From contig NC_068982.1 in assembly GCF_001194135.2 (NCBI RefSeq), positions 129,085,663 through 129,149,662 of the forward strand: a stretch of 64,000 nt of DNA. Reading direction: 5' to 3'. Below the pieces are notes generated by a model. The model worked only from the letters and a program-made list of their open reading frames with translations. It did no database searches and was not told where the DNA came from. The translations under genes and the position numbers were made by a program. Below are positions 27,985-40,800 of the stretch, in pieces (position 1 is the stretch's first letter; each line of letters opens with the position of its first letter). Source of the stretch: Octopus bimaculoides. Lineage: Eukaryota.

Positions 27985-28180
27985 GTGTGTGTATATATAT
28001 ATATGTATGTATATATATATANNNNNNNNNNNNNNNNNNNNNNNNNNNNNNNNNNNNNNNNNNNNNNNNNNNNNNNNNNNNNNNNNNNNNNNNNNNNNNN
28101 NNNNNNNNNNNNNNNNNNNNNNNNNNNNNNNNNNNNNNATACATATATATTATACATATATATATATATGTACATATATA

Positions 28181-28237
<57 letters not shown>

Positions 28238-28675
28238 ATACAAATAATAAATGAGTATATGCATATATACATACATGTATGTACATACCTACATCTACCT
28301 GTATATATAGATGCATATCTGGGTACAAGACGTTGCAAACAAAACAGACAAAATGAGGAACAGAGTACAGAAAACACACAGGCCACATAGAGAACATTTC
28401 CTTCATCAGCTGCCACCATTGTAACACTGGCGTTTCGAAGAGCTAGGGCAGGATGCATTGTTAAAATGGCTCTTCCCACAGACCACAAATTAAATTTTGT
28501 ACCATGGAGGAATGTAGTGGCGGACAGAAAACAAGACAGGAAAACGAAACAGTAAAGTAAACAGAAAAGGCTATATGGCCAGATGTAAATATATGTATAT
28601 ACATATGTATATATATGTATATACATATGTATATATATGTATATACATATGTATATATATGTATGTATGCATATG

Positions 28676-28708
<33 letters not shown>

Positions 28709-28776
28709 ACATATGTNNNNNNNNNNNNNNNNNNNNNNNNNNNNNNNNNNNNNNNNNNNNNNNNNNNNNNNNNNNN

Positions 28777-28833
<57 letters not shown>

Positions 28834-31800
28834 TGTTGTTTTAAGTGTCTAATAATAGGCATCTTAAATAAAATATCTCTATCTTCAAAACTAAAAATCT
28901 TCTAAATTAAAATTTCGTAACATTGCTTTGAATTTAGAAATTAATTCTTCTGTAAGTGAAATAAAAATGTGTATCATTCAATATAGATGAACTAAAAGAA
29001 ATTGCTGTCAAAATCTCACCAGTCATCGATAGCAAAGAATTAAAATGAATTTTCAAAATATCCTAATGTGTTATATACATGGAAAATTAAAACTGATATA
29101 TATGAAATAAATTTTAGTAATATTAGTATTTAGTAATGCTTATATAATGTGTTAATGTGTTGTTTTTTTTATTATTATATTCCAATTTACGCCCTCCAGT
29201 GAAAGCATTAAGGAGCTATTTATTGTGTAATACGTATAGGTATTAGCCAAAAGGGTTAGATTTAAATTATGAAGGTGCTGATTAATCGCTTTGGAAGATA
29301 TAAAAAACTTTGATAGTGTATGTGTCAGCTTGCTGATATAAAGAGAAGGAAGAGAGATAGAAAGAAAGAGGATGGTGATTGGCTTTGAATTAATAATGAT
29401 TTTGAATATTATTAATAATGCTTGAGCCATCTTAAACGATACTTACATCTTGCAACCTTTGAAGAAGATCATCATCTTTCTGGGCTGCATTATTGAATTC
29501 ATATGGTGCAGTCATAACAGAGGACATGTATGGCTCAGAAGGAATTATTTCCTGCACATCTCTATCAGTTATGTTTGCAACATTCTCATTAATATAATTG
29601 TCATTTGAAAGATTTTTCCTGGAACTATGTAAAGACTGATTTTGAGAAGAGAGAATTTGTTCAGTCTGTTCACGCTTTCTTTCTGGTGGGTAAGAGGGTT
29701 TCCTCTGAGATTGCGGTTTTGCTTTTTGAGTTTCGCTTGATCTTGGATAAACCTTTGGTTTATTTGAAGAAATTGAGTTAATTTCAGTCCATAATTCATT
29801 TAGTTCACCTAATGATTGTTCTATTTTATGTAATCGTGCCATAATAATACTTGAAGCTTTGGCATCTTCTTTTATGATATTTTCACTGCTTCTGAAAGAT
29901 ACATGTATATATATATTAACAGTGATAGTGAAATGAAAAGATATTTAAACACTCAAGTTAAATTTATCAAAATATTAGAAATATTTAGAAATAAGCCTTC
30001 CCCCACCCCCATCCCAAATATAAGATTTGCCTTGAATATTTTTACAGTACATTTATTTAAAGCTTGAAGTCAGTGTTGACAGAATTCAATTTAAAACTCA
30101 TTTTTAAAATCATTCCAGCATGAATTAAAGGCAGATTACTTGTGAAAAGAAAATTATCTAAATTAAAAAAAAAAAAAAATTAGCAGTAACTCTGTTCATT
30201 GTTCATAAATAAACTAGATTAGAAACATTAGGTATGAAAATTTCTACTTTTAATAATATATGATTAACTGTTATGTGAAAAGGTGTGGTGGAATTTGAAG
30301 AAGAATGGTATTAAACCAAAACATTTATTTTACCAAATGAAATGATTTAAGAGTTTATGTAATTTATCCCCAAAACTACTTTTTACTTTATTAGAAAATG
30401 TCAGCAGTGGAATCTTTTGCTGCCAATATGTCTAGTCATCAATATTTTGGCCATTTAAATACTATATGTTTTCATTTAGCAGGCTGATACTTCATTATGA
30501 TGCCTTCCTTACCCAGTACCTCTTTAACTGCTGCTCACCAACATTTGCACCATCCAACATGAACCAACTTCTGCTACCCAACAAACCTTCCTCACCTACT
30601 TCTTCACCGCATGTCCAACCACACCCAGCACTCAAATCCATTCCCTAGCAGAGAACCTTATAAATCCTCTGCACCCAGCCTCTACCCATTTCCCTTACAC
30701 TTTTCTAGGAGTCTGCAACTCTACATACTTTCCTGCCCTCCTAACAGTTCATGTGATTTACCCACTAAACTACTTACTGTATTTAAAATAGCTAATTAGT
30801 CCCTTTCTTTAAATAAATTGTCAGCAGCAGCAGCAGAAAGGGGGTAATGCAATATACACCGAGTAAAAAAAATTGTTTTCAAAAAACTAACAGCGAAATG
30901 GTTGTTTCTTTGAATGTACAGGGAATGTATTATTGTGTTAGCCAAGTCTGTAAAACACTTAAGATAGAACACTCACACACACACACAAACTCAACAAAGG
31001 TATTACATAATGATATGTTGTCTGTGTAATAATATTAGATGGGAGACAGAGGGGAAAATCAGAGACATCAGATAACTGAACACAGGTGTTATGAATATGC
31101 AGCAAGAATGCATTATAAGAAGTGAAGTGGCAGATGTTAGCAAGTTGTCTATAATGGAAGACTAGACTAAAATATATTAATAATGATCATTGGAATGAGT
31201 AAGCTTTCTCTTATTTGATGTTTACAGTGTTTCAATCAGTTAATGCTTCAGCAAATCCAGATGCTATTTTTTACATATAAACAATTCTTTAGGCTAGATT
31301 GAAATCACAAACTTTGTTGTAAACTATAAAATTCAGCAGTTTTATATGCTGTGCCACTACTTCAAAATATGTTGATATACTTCTAAATTTAATGTCTCAA
31401 AGCATGGAACTCGTTTTAATGATTTACATAAATACCCTCATAATTTACGATTCCTAACAACAATAAACAGTTAAATATTTCACTGTTGTAAACCACCAAA
31501 AGAGCTTTAACCCATTTGATACCAACTTGCCTAACACCATACCTGGTTTTATGATACAAACTTCCTGTTTCAAAGTGATCTAAATTAAAAACTTCCAGCA
31601 ATATTTCATGTTTCAAATGAAGCTTAATAAAAAAAAAAGCTTAATAATGACTAAGTTGATAATTTTTCATTATTTTAAAAGTTAATTGAAACCAAAACAG
31701 TGTATTTCAACTGAAATCATCATCATCATCGTTTAACGTCCGCTTTCCATGCTAGCATGGGTTGGATGATTTGACTGAGGACTGGCAAACCAGATGGCTG

Positions 31801-34800
31801 CACTAGGCGCCAGTCTGATCTGGCAGAGTTTCTACAGCTGGATGCCCTTCTTATTGTCAACCACTCCGAGAGTGTAGTGGGTGCTTTTACGTGTCACCCG
31901 CATGAAGGCCAATCAGGCGGTACTGGCAACGGCCACGCTCAAAATATAGAAACAAATATAGAAACAAAAAGATTAACAGTTCACTTGGACCACTAGAAAT
32001 AACAAATCTTTCTTAAATTATACCCCATCATGTTAAAAAATGAACAACTCGTTAGAAAACGTAACCTTAAATAGACTCATCAAAACTTTTTATGTCTGAG
32101 TCAGACAGAATTTAGGAATTTATTGAGGCAAGTTTTTTATGGCTAAATGTTCTTCCAATCACCAACACCCATTTCCAAGCAACGTTATATTTTTCATGAA
32201 ACAGCATGTTTTCATGGAAGACTGGAAACAAATGACACAACTTATATCACAGTAACACTTGTTTGAAATTATCACACAATGTCAAGACAAGGAAACACAA
32301 ACACTCACAATGTGCTTCTTTCAGTTTCTGTTTAACAAATTCACCTGCAAGGCTTCGGTCAGCCTAGGGCTAGGATGGAAAAACTCTCACAAAATATGCC
32401 ATAGTGTGAGACTGAATCTGAAGCCATATAGTTGGGAAGTAAACTTCTTGACCACACAGCCATGTCTACAAGTGAGGAAAGATGCCCAGTATCAACCCAC
32501 ACGTTATTTTTGACCGTTGTGATGTTTAGTTTTCATTTCAGGTTATATTGGTAATAAATATTCAGTCAGATCTAAATTTTGTGAACAGCTGATCAATACA
32601 ATTTAGAATTTGTTTAGACAAGGGATAAACTAGCTTGTCTATCTTTATAAACAAGACCTGTAGGTCTGCTTGATCAGAACTGATTTAAGGATCATCATCA
32701 TTATCGTTTAACGTCCGCTTTCCATGCTAGCATGTGTTGGACGATTTGACTGAGGACTGGTGAACTAGATGGCTTCACCAGGCTTCAATCTGATCTGGCA
32801 GAGTTTCTACAGCTGGATACCCTTCCTAACGCCAACCACTCCGAGAGTGTAGTGGGTGCTTTTTACATGCCACCAGCATGAGGGCCAGTCAGGCGGTACT
32901 GGCAACGGCCATGCTCGAATGGTGTTTTTTACGTGCCACCTGCACAGGAGTCAGTCCAGCAGCACTGGCAATGACCTCACTCAAATGTTTTGTTCACGTG
33001 CCTCCGGCACAAGTGCCAGTAAGATGACGCTGGTAACGATCACACTCAAATGGTGCTTTTTACATGCCACCGGCACGGAAGCCAGACAGCAGCTCTGGCA
33101 ATGATCCTGTTTGGATGGTGCTGTTAGCACTCCACTGGCATGGGTGCCAGTCATCGAATTTGATTCAATTTCGATTAAGGATACACAATAATAACAACAA
33201 CAACAATAGAGTATATAAGATTTATAAACCTTAGTAATTAATTCCTATGTAAAACAGTGTTTAGTTTTCTTTCAATTTAATAAACACAGCAGGAAATATT
33301 TGTTAAATACCATGGAAATTTGTTCATATAGATTTAACTCACAACCACCTGATCTTTAGTTGTCAATAACAGAGTTTTTTCTTTGGCAAACATTCAGATC
33401 ACATCCCTGGTTCCCTCCCTGCCCAAGTGCTTTATTAAGAATTTTTTTTAATACATTTTTTGCTGCAGATATTGAACTGCAAGTATTCAGGCTGAGCATC
33501 AACTACATCAATCTCACTGATCTAGGAGGGTTTGCAAATGTCATGGGTCCTGTTTCTTCTCCCCACATTAACTTATTTAACAGAAAAAAAAAGAAGAAGA
33601 GGTTGAACCATAATAACAAAACACCCAAAGTGTTCAGTATAAATATATCATCATCATCTTTTAACATCCATTTTCCATGCTGATATGGGTTGGACAATTT
33701 GACAGGATCCACTGATGCAGTCTATGGACATTGCAGCATAATGCAATCCTCAAATTGCAGTTGGATGTCCTTCCTAAGTCAGCTACTTTACAGAGTGGGT
33801 ACTTTTTTTGTGGCACCAGCACTAGTGAAGCTACCATGCAGCTTGCAAGACTATGATCTACTTTGACTGAATGGTGCTACAGTAGAGAAGGTGTCTTTAT
33901 GCAAAATGAAAATGAAGGGCTAGAACAATTTTGTTTTTTTGTTTTGTTTTGCTGTAGAGATAGAGAATCTACATGGCTACTCCTATTATAGAAGAATGAA
34001 TGGGTGTAATTGGTGGGGTGAAGCAGAGAGAAATAGAAATAAAATAGTGGTAATAAGGTGCCAGTCTGGACCCTCATGGTGCAAGGAGAATAGAAGAGAG
34101 GCAGAACAGGAAGTGTGGGTGGGTAGAAGTAACACGAGTATATAGGAAAAGTGAGGAACAGTTATATGTATTTATGTATTATATATATGTACGTATAAAT
34201 ACTTACTCGTCCAGTACTATTATTGGCAAAGCAAGTCTTTGTAGTAAAGCTTTACCCATTTCAATGGTGTCCTGGGCATCAGCTGAAAGTTTATCATTGA
34301 GAGTTTGATGTTTATTCCTTACTTCAGGTTGTAATGGTAATGAATGTTCAGTCAGATCAAACATTGTTGTGAACAATTCATCAATACGATTCAGAATCTG
34401 TTTAGATAGAAAATAATATATAAGGTTTTATATAACAAACCAATTCATACATACATCTTGTCTGAACATGTGAGCCTAGAAATAAAGAAAGCAGCTGGTA
34501 TTGCTTTGATAGCATTAATATCATGTGACCTGTACCTACCAACAGAGGCCTAAACACTCAGAAGCCTCTTGAATTTCTTTCAGAACCCTCATTCTGCTCC
34601 TAGTGTCTGATGAGCTAGAATATCCTATGTGCCCACGAGACTTTAAGTCATGCGGAGCTGAGTCAAACTGTTATTACATATATATCATCATCATCATCAT
34701 CATCGTTTAATGTCCGTTTTCCATGCTGGTATGTGTTGGACGGTTCGACTGGGGTCTGGGAAGCCAGGAGGCTGTACCAGGCTCTAATCTGATCTGGCAG

Positions 34801-37800
34801 TGTTTCTACAGCTAAGCATATATACATACGTATATATGCACACAGCCATGCATATAAATATTCACCTACACACATGTACATCTAGATAAAAGTGGGAATT
34901 ATGAAATACAAGTTTAATGCAGGTGTATTTTATTATGATAACACCAACACTGAAAAATGATCTGAAAGTCTATTCTTTTGATATTTCATGTTTTCTTATA
35001 AATATAATAGAATAATGAGATGGATTGCTTTTACTCCTTAGCCCTTTTGATCCCAACCACACTGCCCCTAGTTTTATGATGCAAGTTCCCTGTTTTAAAG
35101 TGATCTAAGTTAAAAACTCCCGTCAAAAATATATGCTAGTTCAATATTCCAAACAGCTTAATAATGATTTCAAACGTTGGCACAAGGCCAGCAATTTTAA
35201 GTGTGTATGTGTGGGGGGNNNNNNNNNNATTGATTACATTGATTCCAGTGTTCACCTGATACTAATTTTTATTGACCCTGAAAAGATGAAAGGCAAAGTC
35301 AATTTGAACGCAGAATGTGAAGACGAATGGAATGCTGCTAGCATTTTGCCCAGTTTGCTAATGATTTTGCCAGTTTGCCACCCTAAACACCAGCTTAATA
35401 ACGATAGTTATTTTACTAACTGCTTCATTATTCTCAAACTAAATTGAAATAACGATAGTGTAATTCAACAGAATTATGGTAACAAAAGGGTTAATGATAA
35501 TGTGAGTGCTACTCTAACATATGTTTGAATACCTATATGCTAATATGTTTGACAGTTTTCATTCCCAGTCGAAATAATTCACTTCACATAGCTGATACAT
35601 ACATACATATATAAGGCATGAAAATTATACACTCTTATCTCCCTTACCTGTAATTTTATTGTTTTATTTATGTTAATGTGAGAAATGGTAATCATCAAAC
35701 TTGATATGTTTTTTTTTAATTAGCATTTATAATTATTTGATTATGTATATAATTAATCATCTAAAACTTTTTGGCTAATTTATGCAGAAAAATAATATGT
35801 AATAGTAATATATGATACATGTAGAAACTCTGCCAAATCAGATTGGAGCCTGGTGTAGCCATCTGGTTTCACCAGTCCTCAGTCAAATCGTCCAACCCAT
35901 GCTAGCATGGAAAGCGGACGTTAAACGATGATGATGATGATGATGATGTTGAATTGATGAAGGAACATGAACAGCGGGAATAAATTAAGGAAATCTTGTA
36001 AAGAAATTAGATGAGACCTGAAAAAAAGTGGGTCTCAAATATAGAATAACGAGATATGTTTGCTACACACACACATGTATAATATACCACATGTGCATAT
36101 ATGCATACATACATACACACTCTCTCTCACTCTCTTTTCAGTTCCATCTTAGATCTACCACACCTTAATACCTTTAATTTCTGCTATCATTCTCGACACC
36201 TTCTCATATCTACCATCAAATCCCTCACTAACTGTTGCTGCTCCACTCACTATAGCCACTCTTTTGTACTTCCGACCTCCATCTCTGTCACTGTACATCT
36301 CCCTCTCTCCCCGCTATTACACCTTGCACATTGTTTCCCTACTTTCTAATCTATATGTTTGTGATGGAGTGTCATGATACTGTAGCTCTCCTGCCTTTCT
36401 GTGCTGGTGCTTGTTGCCGCCTCCTTCTTGAGTCACTTCTATCTTTTTAACTTTCCCCACCCCATACTGATATTTACCATCAGTAACACCATCACTCATT
36501 ATATTCACCTTTAATGCCATCTCTAACCACCTGTTACTCTCTTCTCACTCTTATGACATTAATCATCCTCTCCTGTTCCCCTGATCCACTGCTTTTTTAA
36601 ACTCTGTGTATATATGTATAGAACAATTTATCAGAAGAATACCTTAAATTCTACAGCGCAAAAAAGATGATAGCTTGTGTATCATCATCATCATCGTTTA
36701 ATGTCAGCTTTCCATGCTGGCATGGGTTGGACAGTTTGACTGAAGACTGGTGAGCCAGAGGCTGCACTAGGCTCAATCTGATCTTGCAAAGTTTCTACAG
36801 CTGGATGCCCTTCCTAACACCAACCATTCCGAGAGTATAGTGGGTGCTTTTATGTGCCACCAGCATGAGGGCCAGTCAAACGGTTCTGGCAACGACCACG
36901 CTCAAAAAGTGTTTTTTACATGCTACGTTTTATTATCACAATCGACATCATTGTTTTTAATGTCTACTTTTTCATGCTCACACGGGTCAGACAGTTTGTT
37001 CAGGTTGATAGGATGCCCTTCCTATCACCAGCCCTTACTTGTTTCCAAGCAAGGTAATATTTGCCCGTGATTGGACATTGTTTCAGAAGATAGTAAATGA
37101 ATGACACTACTTGTATGACATGGTACTCATTTACAACTATTGCATGGTCTCAAGATGAGGAAGCACAATAAAAACATACATTCACACTACAAGCTTCTTT
37201 CAGTTTCTATATACCAAATGCACTCACAAGAATTTGGTTACCCAAGGGTTGTAGAAGATACTTGCTCAAGGTGTCACAAAGTGGGGCTAAACCTCATATA
37301 ATATGGTTTGGAAGGAAATATACCTGCACATATATACACATGTGTGTGTGTGTGTGTAAATATATATGTATATATTTTATAAATCATATAGTTCCTAGTA
37401 ATAATTAACCACAATCTAGAGATGACTGACTGCATTGTAGGAATTTTCTAAAGTACAGCAAAGCATCAGTTATGTAAAGACAGAGTGCACCACATAGATA
37501 TGAGTAATCTTTTTCATATTCCAGCTTAGAACATTACACCAGTGCCATTCCAGTGAGATGAGCAGAGTTATTTTAAGCCCATATTTTCTCTTTAGATAAA
37601 CCAAGATAAATAGCATAATCCATTTCTGAATCTAACTCAAACAAGGATTCTTTATTGTCTTATTTCACTTTTTTGAAGTAATGTATTTCATGATTAAACA
37701 CCACCATTTTTCCCTAAAATAGATTTTATATACACTTCTTTTTGTAGATGACTATTACGTCAAGAAAGTTTTATAAACTAACTTATTCAGCCTTATCCTC

Positions 37801-40800
37801 ATAATTTTAATGTCTACTTTTCCATGTTTGCATGAGTCAGACAGAATGTTGTGGCAGATTTTTTTATGGCCAGATGTCCTTCTTGTTACCAACATTCACC
37901 TGTTTACAAATAAGGTAATATTTCACTATGGAGAGACATGTTTTTATGGAAGACTGGAAACAAATTACGTATGATGATGGCACAATTTTGTATGATGATG
38001 ACACAATTATAGTGCAATATTAAGACACACACACACACAGAGTCTAACCCATGCCAGCATGAAAAACAGAAAATAAATGATGATGATATATATCATCATC
38101 ATCATTTAACATCTGTTTTCCGTGCTGGCATGAGTTAGATGGTTTGACTGAAAACTGGTAAGCTGGGGTTTCAATCTGATTTCAATCTGATTTGGCATGC
38201 TTTCTACAACTGGATGCTCTTCCTAACACCAACCACTCCAAGAGTGTAGTGGGTGCTTTTTACATGACACCAGCATGGATGCCAGTTAGAAAACACTGGC
38301 ATTGGCCATGACTACAATCTCACTTGGCTTGACAGGTCTTCTCAAGCATAGTATATTGTCAAAAGTCTTGGTCACTCGTCACTGCCTCTGTGAGGCCCAA
38401 AGTTTGAAGGGTGCTTTCTATGTGTCACTGGCACAGATGCCAAATATGTGACACTAGCATTGGTCATGACTACAATTTCACTTGGATTGACAAGTCTTCT
38501 CAATATTAATTTGGAGGTATTTCAAATATGATTTGTGACACATTTTAACTTCTAAATGCAACTTCACTGCAAGCTTTCTAATCAGTTTAGGGCTATCTCC
38601 ATTTAGTATCTCCTACTGAGGAAGCCTAATAAATCAGAAATGCATCTAGGGGTCTGAGAGAGGGTGCCACTGAGCTGGTACTGGTGTATTTACACCTTAC
38701 CATATGCGAACTATTTTTTTCCCCACAGTCAACTGGAATGAAATTTCCTTTAGGACTTAAAATATGTCACAAACGTATTTGAACTAACCTAAAGTTTGTT
38801 TATTTCCTATCACTGCTTCATGTATATTACTGCTAATGTGTACACCCACAATACACACACACGATGGATTTCTTTCAGTTTCAGCCAACCAAATCCACTC
38901 ACAAGGCTTTGGTTGACCTAAGACTTTAATAGTAGAATTCACTTGCCCAAGGTGTCACACAGTGGGACTGAACCCAGAACCATGTAATTGGTAAGTAAAA
39001 TTTTCAACCATACAACCAAGCCTGCAACTGTCAATAACAATATGTATATACTTATACATATAATTTCAATAATTAATTTGTGACTTTAAATAAACTATTA
39101 CATCTTTTATTATTGAAAAATGCATTGACTGCAGTATACATCTCTATTTTGAATCACAGTTAGTGATACTTAACACTGATTTAGTGAATAAATTTCATCA
39201 GTGGGAACATACACTATCACTGTCACCAATGTTGTAGTCATCAAATTGAGCTTGTTTCAATTAACATGGTCCATCATCTTCCACCTCTCTCTATTTTCCA
39301 TGGTATGTGAAAGCTGGTCTCTGGATCATCCAGTATCATCTGTTAAGTGATCAACATATGTTTTCACAGGGTGACCAATGTGAATTTGACAATGGTGTGG
39401 TGTCCAAAGTAGAGTGTCACAAACAAATATTCCTACTTATGGTATAATCATTCTTTGAAAGTGTGTGTGTGTGTGTGCACACACATGCATCTGTGTGTGC
39501 ATATGTGTGTATGTGAATAAAACAAAATTTAAAATTTATCAAACTAAAGCTAATAACTTAGATTCTAATAAGGTTGTAGTAATTCAAGTTTTAGTAAAAC
39601 AAATTACAAGCCACTTTAATTGTGAAATGTTACATTACCTCATCAGAAGAAGTCATGAACATAACTGATACAGTAAGACGGTTGGTCCGTTCTAAAGTTC
39701 CCTGAGAAAATTTCTTCCAAGCTCTTTCAAGTTTTTCAGCAATTAAATTATTGCCATCCAAATTGTATCTTAATGATCGTCTTAGAAAGAGAGCAGCTTC
39801 TAAGAGTTCTTTTCCATAATGGTAGGTCTCCTGGAGAAACATAAGAGATAAGGAACATACATTATTATTAACAAATAAAAATAAACAACTGGTTGTCTGA
39901 CTAATGTAAGCACGGAAAAGTACATGCTAAAATAATGATGAAGTTGAGGATTTAAAAACATATGAAGAAATACAGTAAAAATTTCTTCTAGTACAGTTGT
40001 GGTTTATATCCTTTTTGGTGCTGTTCCACTGTTCCATTTTTATTTTCAATTTCAAGGTTATATCATCATCATCATCATCATCATTGTTTAATGTCCGCTT
40101 TCCATGCTAGCATGGGTTGGACGATTTGACTGAGGACTGGTGAAACCGGATGGCAACACCAGGCTCCAATCTAATTTGGCAGAGTTTCTACAGCTGGGTG
40201 CCCTTCCTAACGCCAACCACTCAGGAAGTGTAGTGGGTGTTTTTACGTGTCACCCGCACGAAGGCCAGTCAGGCGGTACTGGCAACGGTCACGCTCAAAA
40301 TGGTGTATTTTATGTGCCACCCGCACAAGAGCCAGTCCAGGGGCACTGGCAACGATCTCACTCGAAAATCCTACGAAGGCCAGTCAGGCGGTACTGGCAA
40401 CGGCCACGCTCAAAATGGTGCATCTTATATGCCACCCGCACAAGAGCCAGTCCAGGGGCACTGGCAACGATATATACTTAAATGTATTGAAAATCCATTA
40501 AGGTATAGCAATCTATTTAGTTGCGGTTTTCTATATCATATATGTTTTGAAGGAAGCCAAATAGCTTTTGATCTATGAAAAATCATTATAAAATAATCAT
40601 ACAATTGTTACCAGATTAGTGCACAAAAAGAGCAGTTGTGTTCTCTACTGCAAAAGGAAAAGGATATCATCAGTCCCTTAATCCTTCTTGATACCAACCC
40701 ACCTTAGAACATCCTGGTTGTATGATTAAACTTCATGTTTTAAAGTGATCTAAATTAAAGTTGTTAATCAAAATTTCAGGTAAGGTTAAGTTCAAAAATA

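Noticed and set aside
28385-28445. Type II hammerhead on the minus strand (CTTC GAAAC ... CTGATGA AGG)
   Set aside because: Both core strings are present but no stem I and no convincing cleavage triplet can be formed.
27536-28862. Many overlapping ORFs of 60-178 aa
   Set aside because: YIYI/VCVC/THTH translations of microsatellites and gaps.
39230-39435. Extra SESTD1 exon after exon 14
   Set aside because: The in-phase frame has a stop; the open frame resembles a LINE C-terminus.
40128-40170. CTGAGGA-CTGGT-GAAAC in the reverse strand of family B as a hammerhead
   Set aside because: No stem II pairing and no consistent stems I/III.
40140-40578. Overlapping ORFs of 84-113 aa (also 7535-8032, 24118-24363, 32856-33104)
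   Set aside because: Translations of the subrepeats of retroposon family B, recurring wherever the repeat occurs.
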